Assembly: GCA_024643755.1 (NCBI GenBank) | Contig: JAHEMG010000004.1 | Span: 1,599-59,906, forward strand | Length of the DNA: 58,308 nucleotides | Reading direction: 5' to 3' | Source of the DNA: Flavobacteriales bacterium | Lineage (GTDB): Bacteria > Bacteroidota > Bacteroidia > NS11-12g > UBA955 | Part shown: positions 1-10,797 of the stretch, piece after piece | Numbering within the stretch: the stretch's first letter is position 1 | Layout: each line of letters starts with the position of its first letter | The notes under the pieces: model-generated | Seen by the model: the letters and a program-made list of their open reading frames with translations, nothing else | Databases searched by the model: none | What the model was told of the DNA's origin: nothing | Made by a program: the position numbers and the translations under genes

Positions 1-31
1 CGGCGCTTTTTTCTTTGTTTATTTGTTTCAT
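1..31 (-). CDS. Possible 5' end of a CDS running off the left edge (MKQINKEKSA...)
   Basis: ATG at 31 on the minus strand in an A/T-rich context; the frame is open to the window edge. Only 10 codons are visible. Confidence 0.3.
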   Translation of the reverse strand, partial: MKQINKEKSA

Positions 32-60
32 AATTTACATTATGTTAAATAGAATGAAAC

Positions 61-84
61 AATAAAAGTCGGATTGCTCCGACT
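61..84 (-). terminator. Intrinsic terminator after the gyrA-TPR unit
   Basis: Minus strand reads AGTCGGA-GCAA-TCCGACT followed by TTTATT, 20 nt past the TPR gene stop. Confidence 0.7.
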
Positions 85-104
85 CTTACCGTTTAATTAT
101 CTAA

Positions 105-1319
105 TTACTCCATTCCTTTGATCAACGCTGCATATCTCTCTGCACCTGCTGTATCACCTATTTCTAAGCAAGCTGACTTCAAGGCTTTGCAAATATTGAT
201 TTGATCTGCTGTAGAATAATCTGCGTTATCCAAAGCACGCTCCAAATATTTCTTTGCTTCCATGAATAACATTTTCAACTCTTCGTCAACCAATTTTTTC
301 TTGGCACCAACAGCAGCACTGCGTTTGTCGTACAGTTTGCGACTCTCATATTTCATCAATCCCAAGCCCAGGTTAAAGTTGGCATCGTAGTTAAATTCAT
401 TCAACTCTACTGCTTTGCGATAATCTGCAATGGCAGCATCGTATTTTGCCTGATTCTCATTCAAGTAAGCCCTGGTGTAATACAAGCGGCTATTTGGCTC
501 GATGCCGATCTGACGATCAACGTCTGCATATAAACGCTGTTCTTGTTTGATACCTACGAAGAAATTCACCAATACCTGGAACATTGCGTCATCATTGTTT
601 GATGCTGCCAATGCGGTACGGATGCAATTCTCTGCCTTCACGGTGTCGCCTATACTCAAATAAGCTTTTGACAAACCTTCTACAACGGCTGGCACAGTGT
701 TTCCCTTATCGACCAAACCTTGCAAAATACTAATTTTGGTCGCTTTATCGCTATGCAACGATGCAACCTGCGCGTAAGTTTCTGTCAAGCTCTCTTTGGT
801 AATTTTATTATTTGCCAAGTTGCTCGACATCGCAGTATCCAGGTAACCATATACAGCGATCAACTCTGAATAATAGATACAAAGTGTGTCGTAACTTTTG
901 GTTGCGAAGAATCCAATGGCTTCATTATAACCCGCTGCAAAAGCGTTACCGGCCAAAGCAATACCATTGTCTTTCTCTTCCGCCTTCTTGGGCAATGTGC
1001 TTTCGTGAAACTTACGGATAGATACCATGGCTTCCAATCCAGCACCATTGGTTAGTCCTTGCAACAATTCATTGTTTTTGGCGCCGGCAATGCGTGCATA
1101 TACATCGCTGCGAACCAAATACATTTTGGGCAACTCTGCAGATTTGGGATTGATTTTGGCTTTGTCGATCTCTTCTTTGGCCGTAATCAAATCCTCTACA
1201 GTGTTACTCATCAGTGCATACTCTGCTGAATTGACCGCTTTGATTTGAGCAGTACTGCATTGGGCAAAACCTAAGGTTAACGCAATGCCAAGTGTAGTTT
1301 TGAATAGATTATTCATCAT
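105..1319 (-). CDS. Exported tetratricopeptide-repeat protein
   Basis: 404-aa ORF with an N-terminal signal peptide and TPR-like helices ([28 protein letters not shown]). Overlaps the gyrA stop by 11 bp. Confidence 0.8.
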   Translation of the reverse strand: MMNNLFKTTLGIALTLGFAQCSTAQIKAVNSAEYALMSNTVEDLITAKEEIDKAKINPKSAELPKMYLVRSDVYARIAGAKNNELLQGLTNGAGLEAMVSIRKFHESTLPKKAEEKDNGIALAGNAFAAGYNEAIGFFATKSYDTLCIYYSELIAVYGYLDTAMSSNLANNKITKESLTETYAQVASLHSDKATKISILQGLVDKGNTVPAVVEGLSKAYLSIGDTVKAENCIRTALAASNNDDAMFQVLVNFFVGIKQEQRLYADVDRQIGIEPNSRLYYTRAYLNENQAKYDAAIADYRKAVELNEFNYDANFNLGLGLMKYESRKLYDKRSAAVGAKKKLVDEELKMLFMEAKKYLERALDNADYSTADQINICKALKSACLEIGDTAGAERYAALIKGME

Positions 1320-3882
1320 TTTGGGGTGTTTCGTTGTCGTTGTCTGTGGTTATTTCCGTTGAGTTGCCTTCAGTTGCCTCCCCACCCTCAATGAATTCTG
1401 CCGCAGACTCTTCGTCTTCGTCTTCCTCTTTGGGCGATTTAGCCAAGCCAGCGATGGAATCCGATCCTTTCAGGTTGATGAGACGAACCCCTTGCGTGGC
1501 TCTACCCATTACCCTCAATTTGTCGATCGCCAATCGAATGGTTAACCCACTCTTACAGATGATCATCAAACCATCTTCATCAGTTACCGACAGAATTCCA
1601 ACCAAGCTTCCGGTTTTTTCTGTGATTGATATTGTTTTCACACCTTTTCCGCCCCTACCCGTTATGCGGTAGTCTTCCAGATCAGTGCGCTTACCATATC
1701 CTTTTTCACTCAAAACCAAAATGGTTGCTTCACTCTTTCTTGGATTTACACAAACCATGCCAATCACTTCATCTTCCGCTGATTCAAGGGTTACGCCACG
1801 AACACCGGCTGCGGTTCTGCCCATTGGACGTACTTTTGCTTCAGGGAAACGAATCGCTTTACCCTGTTTCTTGGCGATAATCACCTCACTGTCTCCATCG
1901 GTCAAACAAGCCTGCAACAACTCATCGCCATCTCTAACGGTAATCGCGTTGATACCATTGGTTCTTGGACGACTGTATGCTTCCAAAGAGGTTTTTTTCA
2001 CAACCCCTTGTTTGGTTACCATGATGATGAAATTGTTCTCCAAATACTCCGGATCTTTCAAATTGATCACATTCAAGTAGGCCTTTACCTTGTCATCGTT
2101 CGGTATGCTGATCAAATTCTGAATCGGTCTGCCCTTAGTCGCCTTCTGTCCTTCCGGAATCTCATAAACCTTCAACCAGAAACAACGTCCTTGTTCGGTA
2201 AACAACAGCAAGTAATTGTGGGTTGACGCGATAAACAGATGCTCAACAAAGTCGGCATCCCTATGCGATACGCCACGTAATCCTTTTCCACCACGATTCT
2301 GCTCCTTGTATTCACTCAACTGTGTGCGCTTGATATAGCCCATATGCGAGATGGTAATCACCACTTCTTCATTGGGAATCAAATCTTCAATATTGAACTC
2401 ACCCGCGCTAAATTCGATGTTGGTGCGACGGACATCGCCGTATTTATCCTTGATTTCGGTGATTTCTGTCTTGATGATTTCCATGCGCAATTCCTCCGAT
2501 GCCAATACACTCTCGTAGTATTGAATTTCTTTCAGAACGGCGTTGTACTCTTCACGGATTTTATCAATTTCCAGACCCGTCAAACGCTGCAATCGCATTT
2601 CCAAAATGGCTTTTGATTGAATTTCCGACAAGCCAAATTGACTCATCAGACCCTCTTTCGCAGCATCCGGGGTACGACTTTCGCGAATCAATTTGATCAC
2701 TGCATCCAAATTATCTAGGGCGATGATCAATCCCTCCAAAATGTGGATACGCTTACGCGCTTCATCCAACAAATACTGGGTTCTACGCTGAACGATTTCA
2801 TGGCGATGATTCACGTAATGATGAATCATGTCCTTCAAATTCAACATTTCAGGTCGACCAGCCACCAATGCAATATTGTTTACAGAGAAACTACTTTGCA
2901 GGGGTGTGTATTTGTACAATTGGTTTAATATGATGTTTGGAATGGCATCGCGTTTCAAGTCGAATACGATACGCATACCTTGACGACCGCTTTCATCGCG
3001 TACTGCCGATATACCATCAATCACTTTTTCGTTGATCAAATCAACCGTTTTGATAATAATTTGCGAAGGGGTAACCTGATAAGGCACCTCTGTCACCACG
3101 ATCATTTCTTTGCCCGTGCTGGACACTTCCACTTCTGCTTTTCCGCGCATCACAACCCTACCTCTGCCCGTTTCGAAAGCGTCTTTGATGCCTTCTACCC
3201 CGTAGATTGTTCCACCCGTAGGGAAATCAGGACCTTTGATGTAATTCATCAACTCACTGATTTCAATCTCACGGTTATCAATGTAGGCGATGATACCCTC
3301 ACAAACCTCTGTCAAGTTATGCGGGGCCATATTGGTTGCCATACCTACGGCAATACCACTGGCTCCATTGACCAACAAATTGGGAATCTTAGCTGGCATC
3401 ACTGAAGGCTCTTCCAAACTTTCGTCGAAGTTGGGCCTAAAGTCTACCGTATCCTTGTCGATATCCACCATCATCTCTTCTGCAATTTTTCGCAAACGAG
3501 CTTCGGTGTAACGCATCGCCGCTGGCGGATCTCCGTCAATAGAACCAAAGTTACCCTGTCCGTCTACAAACGGATAACGCAAACTCCAATCCTGTGCCAT
3601 ACGAACCATGGTGTCGTATACGGAACTATCACCATGTGGGTGATACTTACCCAATACTTCACCTACGATACGTGCTGATTTCTTGTGGGCTCGGTTAGAC
3701 GCCAATCCCAATTCAGTCATACCATATAATACCCTTCGGTGAACGGGCTTTAAACCATCTCTAACGTCTGGTAATGCGCGGGAAACAATCACTGACATCG
3801 AATAATCGATGTAGGCTGTTTTCATTTCATCCTCAATGTTGATGGAGATAATTCTCTCTTTGTTTTCGTTTAACTCATCCAT
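1309..3882 (-). CDS. gyrA: DNA gyrase subunit A
   Basis: [27 protein letters not shown], catalytic AAMRYTE, GyrA-box QNRGGKG, beta-pinwheel repeats and an acidic tail. Confidence 0.98.
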   Translation of the reverse strand: MDELNENKERIISINIEDEMKTAYIDYSMSVIVSRALPDVRDGLKPVHRRVLYGMTELGLASNRAHKKSARIVGEVLGKYHPHGDSSVYDTMVRMAQDWSLRYPFVDGQGNFGSIDGDPPAAMRYTEARLRKIAEEMMVDIDKDTVDFRPNFDESLEEPSVMPAKIPNLLVNGASGIAVGMATNMAPHNLTEVCEGIIAYIDNREIEISELMNYIKGPDFPTGGTIYGVEGIKDAFETGRGRVVMRGKAEVEVSSTGKEMIVVTEVPYQVTPSQIIIKTVDLINEKVIDGISAVRDESGRQGMRIVFDLKRDAIPNIILNQLYKYTPLQSSFSVNNIALVAGRPEMLNLKDMIHHYVNHRHEIVQRRTQYLLDEARKRIHILEGLIIALDNLDAVIKLIRESRTPDAAKEGLMSQFGLSEIQSKAILEMRLQRLTGLEIDKIREEYNAVLKEIQYYESVLASEELRMEIIKTEITEIKDKYGDVRRTNIEFSAGEFNIEDLIPNEEVVITISHMGYIKRTQLSEYKEQNRGGKGLRGVSHRDADFVEHLFIASTHNYLLLFTEQGRCFWLKVYEIPEGQKATKGRPIQNLISIPNDDKVKAYLNVINLKDPEYLENNFIIMVTKQGVVKKTSLEAYSRPRTNGINAITVRDGDELLQACLTDGDSEVIIAKKQGKAIRFPEAKVRPMGRTAAGVRGVTLESAEDEVIGMVCVNPRKSEATILVLSEKGYGKRTDLEDYRITGRGGKGVKTISITEKTGSLVGILSVTDEDGLMIICKSGLTIRLAIDKLRVMGRATQGVRLINLKGSDSIAGLAKSPKEEDEDEESAAEFIEGGEATEGNSTEITTDNDNETPQNDE

Positions 3883-4016
3883 GGAAATAGTCGATTATAC
3901 AAATTACGCTGAAACACCACCAAAACCATCAAAAGGTGGCTTGATGTTGCCCACAAATTTTATACATTTTGGGGCGATAAATTGGCTGTATGAAGATGTA
4001 GTTTCAAGCCAATTAA

Positions 4017-4052
4017 AAACAAAAAGGGAAGGTTGCCCTTCCCTTTTTGTTT
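4017..4052. terminator. Intrinsic terminator (bidirectional type) downstream of the M16 peptidase
   Basis: Perfect 16-bp inverted repeat AAACAAAAAGGGAAGG-TTGC-CCTTCCCTTTTTGTTT with A and T tracts. Confidence 0.85.
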
Positions 4053-4070
4053 ATTCTATTCAAATTTAAA

Positions 4071-7016
4071 TTACTTGCGCAAATCCGCAGGCGGATTGTA
4101 CTGTGTTTTCTTTTTCGGCAAGCTGGTTGTACCTGCCTTCAAGTACTTGATTTTACCCGCACCTGTGGGCTCTAATACTTGCATTTTGCCCATACCCAAC
4201 GCTTCTAACTTAGGTTGAACTTCCAACAAATCACCAGCAACAACCACAACCATTTTGTCCAAATTCAACTGTTCTTTTGCCAGTGCATTTACTTGTTCTT
4301 TGGTCATGCTCTGAAGAATTCTCAATTGCTCATCAGCATAATTCACAGGCAAGTTCCTGTTGGCCATTTGAAGAATGTAACCAGCTTTTTGTCCGATCGA
4401 CTCATACTCCAACGCTTCACTTGCCACCAATGCTGATTTGGTAAAGGCAAATTCTTCGTCGGTAATGCCATTGTTTCTGTAACGAACCAACTCATCAATG
4501 ATTTCAACAATGGCACTGTCTGTTGCTCTTGCTTTTACACCCGCAGAGATGGTGTAGGTACCAGGCAAATCCTTGTATGAAGAAGAAAATCCTCCACGGA
4601 TACCATAAGTCCATGCTTTGTCTTCACGGATGTTCAAGTTCAAACGACTATTGAAGTTTCCAGCCAACGCAAAGTTCATTACGCTGTTTTGGAAAAACTT
4701 ACCTGTTGCATCGTAGGGCAATGATTTAAAGCCCACATAAATATCACTTTGATCAGCATCGGTGTACTTCACACCAAACAACTGGGGTGTTTCTACTGAC
4801 ATTGCAGGAGCTGGCTTGGGAACGGTAACGTTCTTCTTCTCCCACTTCTTCAAAAAGGCAAACTTCGCATCTACTTCGGCTGCAGTCAATGGACCAACCA
4901 CCACCATTTTCGTCAAATTGGGTGCATAGTTCGCATTGTAATACGCTTTGCAATGCTCCAAAGACACTTTGTCGTAATCATCGGCCAAAACAGACGTACC
5001 TAACGCGTTTTCGCCATTCATCAAACGCTTCCAGGCATTTGAAGCACCCACACTGCGGTTTCTCAAACTGCTGTTTGCACCTTCTTTTGCTCTAGATTTA
5101 TTTTTCTTGAATTCAGCTTCGTCCCAACGGGGCTTGAACATCATTTCTTCCAACAAAGCAACAGCCGCATCTAATTTGTCTTTCTCACAAGACAATGTGA
5201 TGCTTGTTCCAGTAGTTCCGGCACCAAACCCAATATTCACACCCAATTTCTCAAACTCCTTTTCCAATTCTGTGGGAGTATGCAGTGCAGTACCTGTTTC
5301 CATTGCACTAGCCAACAATTCAGCAGTACCTTTGGGAACAATTTTGCCATCTTCCAACAAACGTCCACCCTCAATATTTATTTGTACAATGACACGGGGA
5401 GTTTCATCGAAATAAGTCGACCAAATTTCCAAGCCATTGTCAAGAATGTTTTTGTCTACTTTGGGTGTTTTTGCAGATGTGATTGCTTTGGGTTGAGGAC
5501 GGATACTGCGATCGAAATTGTCTTTCACCGTACGCAAAGTAAGACCGCTATATTCTGCTTCCGCGATGGCACTTTTGAAACCTGCATTGGGGTTTATGCT
5601 CTGATATTTTGGCTTCTCAGCACCTTCTGCCACTTGGGCTGGGGTAATGATCACTGTAGACGAAAACTTATTTTTGATGTATCGCTCATAAACCCTCAAA
5701 ATATCTGCTTTGGTCAAATTCCTGTAGCGATTGGCATCATCCTCTAGGTTGTAACTAGCACCATTTGCATTTTTCGCATCCAAATACCAAAAAGAACTCA
5801 AATAGTTGGCCTTGGTACTTACGTCCTCCAAACCACTAGAGTAATTACTCAAAATGTTTGTTTTGGCGCGCTCCAAATCTTCATCAGAAAATCCAACAAT
5901 ACCGAATGAATCAATGGTAGATTTCAGCAATTGCTGCAACTTAGGAATGTCTGAATAAGGATAACCAACAACGGTAAATGAAAATTCACCAGCCAATTCG
6001 TGGTTAATCATGCTCAACGGGTTATTGCTCGCATCAGCTTGCAAGGCCCATTCGGCATCCACCAATTTTTTGTAAATTGTAGAGTTTCTTGTACCACCCA
6101 TCAAATATGCCAATACGTCCAAAGCCGCTTCGTCTGGGTGCTGCACAGGCACACCTACAAAAGTTGAATAAATCAAAGGGACATAGGCATTTGCATCTGG
6201 GTAAGTCATTACCTTATTCTCTTTCAAGCGCACAGGGGGAACGGCTTGTTTTTTAACTTCTGGACCTTTTTGAATCGAGCCATAGTATTTGTCGACCCAA
6301 GCAACCACCTCATTGGTGTTCACATCACCAGAAACGATAACACAAGCGTTATTGGGACCATACCAGCGCAAGAAAAAGTTCTTCAAATCATTGCTATCTG
6401 CACGATCCAAGTCGTCAACAAAACCAATGGTTGACCAGCTGTAAGGGTGTTCTTTTGGATACAATTCCTGATCTTTTACTTCCATCAAGAAACCGTAAGG
6501 AACATTGTATCGCTGATCTTTTTCATTTTTAACGGTACTACGTTGAATTTCAAACTTCTTGTTGGTAAACGCTTCCAAGAAGCAACCCATACGATCTGCT
6601 TCCATCCACAAAGCTGTTTCAGTGAAGTTGCTCGGGAACGTTTCGATATATACCGTTCTATCGCGGGTAGTATTACCATTGACATCGCCACCATAGTTTT
6701 TGATGATTTTAAAGTGTTCTTCGTCCGCTACGTGTTGAGAACCTTGGAACAACATGTGCTCAAAGAAGTGAGCAAATCCTGATTTACCGCGGGTTTCACG
6801 CGCTGAACCCACATGGTAGGTTACGTTTAAGTGAGCCACTGGATCACTGTGATCCTCACTAACAATCAGGGTAAGTCCGTTGGGATACTGATACTTTGAA
6901 TAAGGTACGACGAGCTTTCCTGGCTGAGCGTCAACCTTTTCGATGAGTGTTGCTTGGGCTTGCGCCGATGGCACCAAAGACCACAAAGCGAAACCTATCA
7001 GAAACAGTTTTTTCAT
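4071..7016 (-). CDS. M16 family (pitrilysin/PqqL-like) zinc peptidase, exported
   Basis: Signal peptide; inverted zinc motif GFAHFFEH (HxxEH); the second half is an inactive M16 repeat carrying the R/Y pair (NIREDKAWTY). Confidence 0.93.
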   Translation of the reverse strand: MKKLFLIGFALWSLVPSAQAQATLIEKVDAQPGKLVVPYSKYQYPNGLTLIVSEDHSDPVAHLNVTYHVGSARETRGKSGFAHFFEHMLFQGSQHVADEEHFKIIKNYGGDVNGNTTRDRTVYIETFPSNFTETALWMEADRMGCFLEAFTNKKFEIQRSTVKNEKDQRYNVPYGFLMEVKDQELYPKEHPYSWSTIGFVDDLDRADSNDLKNFFLRWYGPNNACVIVSGDVNTNEVVAWVDKYYGSIQKGPEVKKQAVPPVRLKENKVMTYPDANAYVPLIYSTFVGVPVQHPDEAALDVLAYLMGGTRNSTIYKKLVDAEWALQADASNNPLSMINHELAGEFSFTVVGYPYSDIPKLQQLLKSTIDSFGIVGFSDEDLERAKTNILSNYSSGLEDVSTKANYLSSFWYLDAKNANGASYNLEDDANRYRNLTKADILRVYERYIKNKFSSTVIITPAQVAEGAEKPKYQSINPNAGFKSAIAEAEYSGLTLRTVKDNFDRSIRPQPKAITSAKTPKVDKNILDNGLEIWSTYFDETPRVIVQINIEGGRLLEDGKIVPKGTAELLASAMETGTALHTPTELEKEFEKLGVNIGFGAGTTGTSITLSCEKDKLDAAVALLEEMMFKPRWDEAEFKKNKSRAKEGANSSLRNRSVGASNAWKRLMNGENALGTSVLADDYDKVSLEHCKAYYNANYAPNLTKMVVVGPLTAAEVDAKFAFLKKWEKKNVTVPKPAPAMSVETPQLFGVKYTDADQSDIYVGFKSLPYDATGKFFQNSVMNFALAGNFNSRLNLNIREDKAWTYGIRGGFSSSYKDLPGTYTISAGVKARATDSAIVEIIDELVRYRNNGITDEEFAFTKSALVASEALEYESIGQKAGYILQMANRNLPVNYADEQLRILQSMTKEQVNALAKEQLNLDKMVVVVAGDLLEVQPKLEALGMGKMQVLEPTGAGKIKYLKAGTTSLPKKKTQYNPPADLRK

Positions 7017-7022
7017 AAGTTA

Positions 7023-7030
7023 CAAATGTA
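7023..7030 (-). promoter_or_regulatory. Bacteroidota sigmaA -7 element for the M16 gene
   Basis: TACATTTG matches TAnnTTTG; the ATG follows after 6 nt. Confidence 0.65.
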
Positions 7031-7126
7031 GTCATTTCAATGATTTCAATAAAATCGAATAGACCAAAATGCCAAAATAATCGGCTATCGCACGCACAGC
7101 GGACACAACAGTTAAGTCGGGTGAAA

Positions 7127-9922
7127 TCAGCGCAATTTTTCCGCCAAATAAGGCGCCGTTACGCTCTTTGTTACTGCAACCATGTCTTCAGGAACACCTT
7201 GAAACACCATTTCACCACCAGCACTGCCCGCCTCAGGTCCCAAATCGATAATCCAATCAGCACATTTTACCACATCCAAATTGTGCTCGATACAAAGAAC
7301 CGTATTGCCTTGCGCAATCAATGCATCGAACGATTTCATCAATTTCTTGATGTCGTGAAAATGCAGGCCCGTTGTGGGTTCGTCGAAAATAAACAGTGTG
7401 CCGCCTTCTTTATTCGGACTCGCCTTGCTCAAGAAAAAGGCCAACTTAACCCGTTGTGCTTCTCCTCCACTCAAGGTATTCGACCCCTGCCCTAACTTCA
7501 CATACCCCAATCCTACATCTTGCAATGGCTTGATCCGTTCTCTTACAGATTTTACATCTGCAAAAAAGTCCATCGCCTCATCCACCGTTAAATCCAATAC
7601 TTCAAAAATGTTTTTACCGTTGTATTCTACCTCAAGGACTTCCTTTTTATAGCGATGACCACCACACGCTTCACATTCAAGTTTGATGTCGGCCATGAAC
7701 TGCATTTCGATCACCGTTTCACCTTCGCCCTGACAAACGTCGCACCTTCCACCATCCACATTAAAAGAAAAATGTGAGGGTTTGAAACCATTGAATTTTG
7801 AAGTAGGTGTATTTGCGAACAAATCACGGATTTCATCAAACGCTTTCACATAGGTAACAGGATTACTGCGGCTGCTTTTGCCAATGGGGTTTTGATCCAC
7901 CATCTCTACAGCTTTCACCAAGGATACCGCGCCAGACAATTTCTTAAATTTGCCGGGTTTGGTCGTGGTGAACAATCCCAATTCCCGACTTAGCGCTGGG
8001 AAAAGCACTTGTTTGATCAACGTTGTTTTACCAGACCCAGAAACACCCGTAACCACGGTGAATGATTCCAGTGGAAACTTACAGGTCACATTTTTTAGGT
8101 TATTCGCCGTAACATCTTCTAATTCAATGTAATGGGGCGATTTTCTGCGATTCGATGGGACTTCAATCTGCTCACTTCCCAACAAATATTTCCCCGTTAG
8201 ACTATCCGAACAATGCGATATGCCCTCAAAGGGTCCTTGGTATAATAACTGTCCGCCCAATGTCCCCGCGAACGGCCCAATGTCAATGACATTTTCCGCG
8301 TTGCGCATGATGTCTTCGTCGTGTTCAACCACGATCACCGTATTGCCTTCTTTTTGTAGGGCTTTCAGCACGGTAATCAATCGCTCGGTATCCCGGGAAT
8401 GAAGTCCAATACTTGGTTCGTCCAAAATGTACATCGAACCGGTCAAATTGCTACCCAAGGACGTCGCCAAGTTAATCCTTTGACTTTCCCCGCCGCTCAA
8501 GGTGTTACTCAATCGGTTTAGTGACAAATACCCCAATCCGACATCGCTCAGAAATTGTAAACGCCCTTTGATTTCTTCGATGATGCGTTCTGCAATGGCG
8601 GTATCCGTTTGATTCATCGCAAGTTGCTTGAAATACGACAAGGCACTATCTACCTCCATCAACAGCAATTCTTGTATGCTCAGCTGCTCTGGGGCAGTGG
8701 TTGACAGTACTTTCACGTAGGCCGCTTCTTTTCTAAGACGGGTTCCAAGGCAATCTGGACAAGTTGTTTTGCCACGGTATCGCGCAGCCAAAACGCGGTA
8801 TTGAATCTTGTACGACTTATCTTCGATGTATTTGAAAAAATCCAATATACCAGGCAATGCTTTGCTGCCTTCCCACAGTAGTTTCAGCTGCGATTCATCC
8901 AAATCTCGGATGGCCCGATGGATGGGAAAATCCACTTTGTTGGCCAATCGGATAAAATCATTTCTCCACTCTCCCATGGTTTCGCCCTTCCATGGTGCTA
9001 CTGCGCCCTCAAATACGCTGAGCGATGTATCTGGAATAACCAAATCTCGATCAAGTCCAAGGACCGAGCCGAAGCCTTCACACGTTCTACATGCGCCGTG
9101 TGGGTTGTTAAAACTCAAAAAATCTTTGGTGGGGATTTCGAATTTCACGCCATCAAGTTCAAAGCGATTGTTGAAATCGACCGCCGCTTGACTTTCCATG
9201 AAATACACCGTGCAATTGCCATCACCTTCCCAAAAAGCCGTTTCGCAGGCGTCAAACAACCTGGATTGAAACTCTTCATCTTCGGGTTGAATCAACAAAC
9301 GATCAACCACTAGATAGACAGCTTGATCCAAACTCACCTGCTCATCGAGTAAGGTTTGCACTGAAAACAGTTGATTCTCACACCAAATCCGGCTAAAGCC
9401 CTTTTGAATGAGCAAATCCCAGTCAGCTGTTGAACGGGTTTTCTCTGGCTGAATAGCCATAATCAATGCCCGCTCTCCCACTTTGTGCGTTTGGCAATAT
9501 TGCAAAACATCTTCGGATGTTTCTCGCTTCACTTCCCTACCAGAAATCGGTGAAATGGTGTGACCTGCCCTGCTAAACAGTAATTTTATATAATCGTATA
9601 TCTCCGTTGAAGTTGCAACTGTACTGCGGGGATTCCGTGTATTTACTTTCTGTTCGATGGCTACTGCCGGACAAAGTCCTTGGATATCATCGACCAACGG
9701 TTTTTTCATTCTACCCAAAAATTGTCGGGCATAACTACTCAAACTCTCCACATATCTACGCTGTCCTTCCGCAAACAACGTTTCAAACACCAAGCTTGAT
9801 TTACCACTACCCGACACGCCGGTTACCACGGTAAAAGAACCATGGTCAATTTCAACGTTGATATTCTTTAAATTATGTTGCTGCGCATTTACAATGCGAA
9901 TCTTTTTTTCTAGCGTAGACAT
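7127..9922 (-). CDS. uvrA: Excinuclease ABC subunit A (start placed at MSTLEKK)
   Basis: Two Walker A motifs (GVSGSGKS, GVSGSGKT), two LSGGE signatures, EGQRRYVESLS, and zinc motifs CRTC, CPDC, CDVC and CEAC. The longer ORF start overlaps the upstream gene. Confidence 0.96.
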   Translation of the reverse strand: MSTLEKKIRIVNAQQHNLKNINVEIDHGSFTVVTGVSGSGKSSLVFETLFAEGQRRYVESLSSYARQFLGRMKKPLVDDIQGLCPAVAIEQKVNTRNPRSTVATSTEIYDYIKLLFSRAGHTISPISGREVKRETSEDVLQYCQTHKVGERALIMAIQPEKTRSTADWDLLIQKGFSRIWCENQLFSVQTLLDEQVSLDQAVYLVVDRLLIQPEDEEFQSRLFDACETAFWEGDGNCTVYFMESQAAVDFNNRFELDGVKFEIPTKDFLSFNNPHGACRTCEGFGSVLGLDRDLVIPDTSLSVFEGAVAPWKGETMGEWRNDFIRLANKVDFPIHRAIRDLDESQLKLLWEGSKALPGILDFFKYIEDKSYKIQYRVLAARYRGKTTCPDCLGTRLRKEAAYVKVLSTTAPEQLSIQELLLMEVDSALSYFKQLAMNQTDTAIAERIIEEIKGRLQFLSDVGLGYLSLNRLSNTLSGGESQRINLATSLGSNLTGSMYILDEPSIGLHSRDTERLITVLKALQKEGNTVIVVEHDEDIMRNAENVIDIGPFAGTLGGQLLYQGPFEGISHCSDSLTGKYLLGSEQIEVPSNRRKSPHYIELEDVTANNLKNVTCKFPLESFTVVTGVSGSGKTTLIKQVLFPALSRELGLFTTTKPGKFKKLSGAVSLVKAVEMVDQNPIGKSSRSNPVTYVKAFDEIRDLFANTPTSKFNGFKPSHFSFNVDGGRCDVCQGEGETVIEMQFMADIKLECEACGGHRYKKEVLEVEYNGKNIFEVLDLTVDEAMDFFADVKSVRERIKPLQDVGLGYVKLGQGSNTLSGGEAQRVKLAFFLSKASPNKEGGTLFIFDEPTTGLHFHDIKKLMKSFDALIAQGNTVLCIEHNLDVVKCADWIIDLGPEAGSAGGEMVFQGVPEDMVAVTKSVTAPYLAEKLR

Positions 9923-9936
9923 GCCCGATTTTGAAG

Positions 9937-10797
9937 TTATTGTATTGTATCGCGCTGTATGGAAGCACCGGCACAAATGCCTCTGCCGTTGATGATGTTG
10001 CTGTAGATGGGCGTTGGATCAGAAAACAGGTTGCTCGACTTTCTGTAATTGGCCACTGATTGCAAATAGCGATAATATTCGTCGCTCAGTGATCTCACCT
10101 CTACCAAATACTTGTAGGTACTGCCTGCACTACCAAAACTGGTGATAAAATCAAATGTGCGTTTTCCGCCATTAAAGGTTCTATCGTCTAACAGGTATCC
10201 GCCCAAATCGGTTTTTACCGCATTTTGACTTAAAAACGGATCAGTGGTTGTTGGTGGCATGATCACCCATTCTTGAATAAAATCATCGAAGCGATACAAG
10301 TTGATCTCGTAGTAATTTCTTTCACTTTGGGGATCGGCGATATGACAAGTAAGTGTACCTGTAGCAAATCCGTCTGGGTCAACTCCGGTATTGTCCAACC
10401 ATGTTGATTTCGGACTATTCAACTTATTTGGGAGTGTCATTTGTCCTTTCGCCGTTGCAAAATCTGGCATACTCACTTGCACGGTATATTGTTTACCCGC
10501 AACAGGTTTGAAATTCGCCAAATATTTGCTGAGACCCAAATTATAGGTCAGCGTAAAGTCTTGACTTCCGTCATTCACAACCACCTTGGCATTTTCAATA
10601 AAATCAGGCGCTGTGGTGTCCGACATAGGTATCGTTTTGGATACCTGCACTGAAAACCAGTCGTCGCTGTTCACGAAGGAGTTCACCACCAACCTCGGGG
10701 TAAATTTGATACTACTATCGTCCAAATCTGTTTCACATGAGGCCAATGCCATGGTACACAATAAGCCACCCAACCAAAATTTCATTTTCATAACCAT
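9937..10797 (-). CDS. DUF4249-family lipoprotein
   Basis: Lipobox LASC, PRLVVNSF, and C-terminal YYRYLQS...P.PIYSNI.NGRGI; lies directly downstream of a TonB receptor, as is typical for this family. Confidence 0.8.
   Translation of the reverse strand: MVMKMKFWLGGLLCTMALASCETDLDDSSIKFTPRLVVNSFVNSDDWFSVQVSKTIPMSDTTAPDFIENAKVVVNDGSQDFTLTYNLGLSKYLANFKPVAGKQYTVQVSMPDFATAKGQMTLPNKLNSPKSTWLDNTGVDPDGFATGTLTCHIADPQSERNYYEINLYRFDDFIQEWVIMPPTTTDPFLSQNAVKTDLGGYLLDDRTFNGGKRTFDFITSFGSAGSTYKYLVEVRSLSDEYYRYLQSVANYRKSSNLFSDPTPIYSNIINGRGICAGASIQRDTIQ

Noticed and set aside
3620-3640. Possible quinolone-resistance substitution in GyrA
   Set aside because: HGDSSVYD keeps the wild-type Ser83 and Asp87 equivalents.
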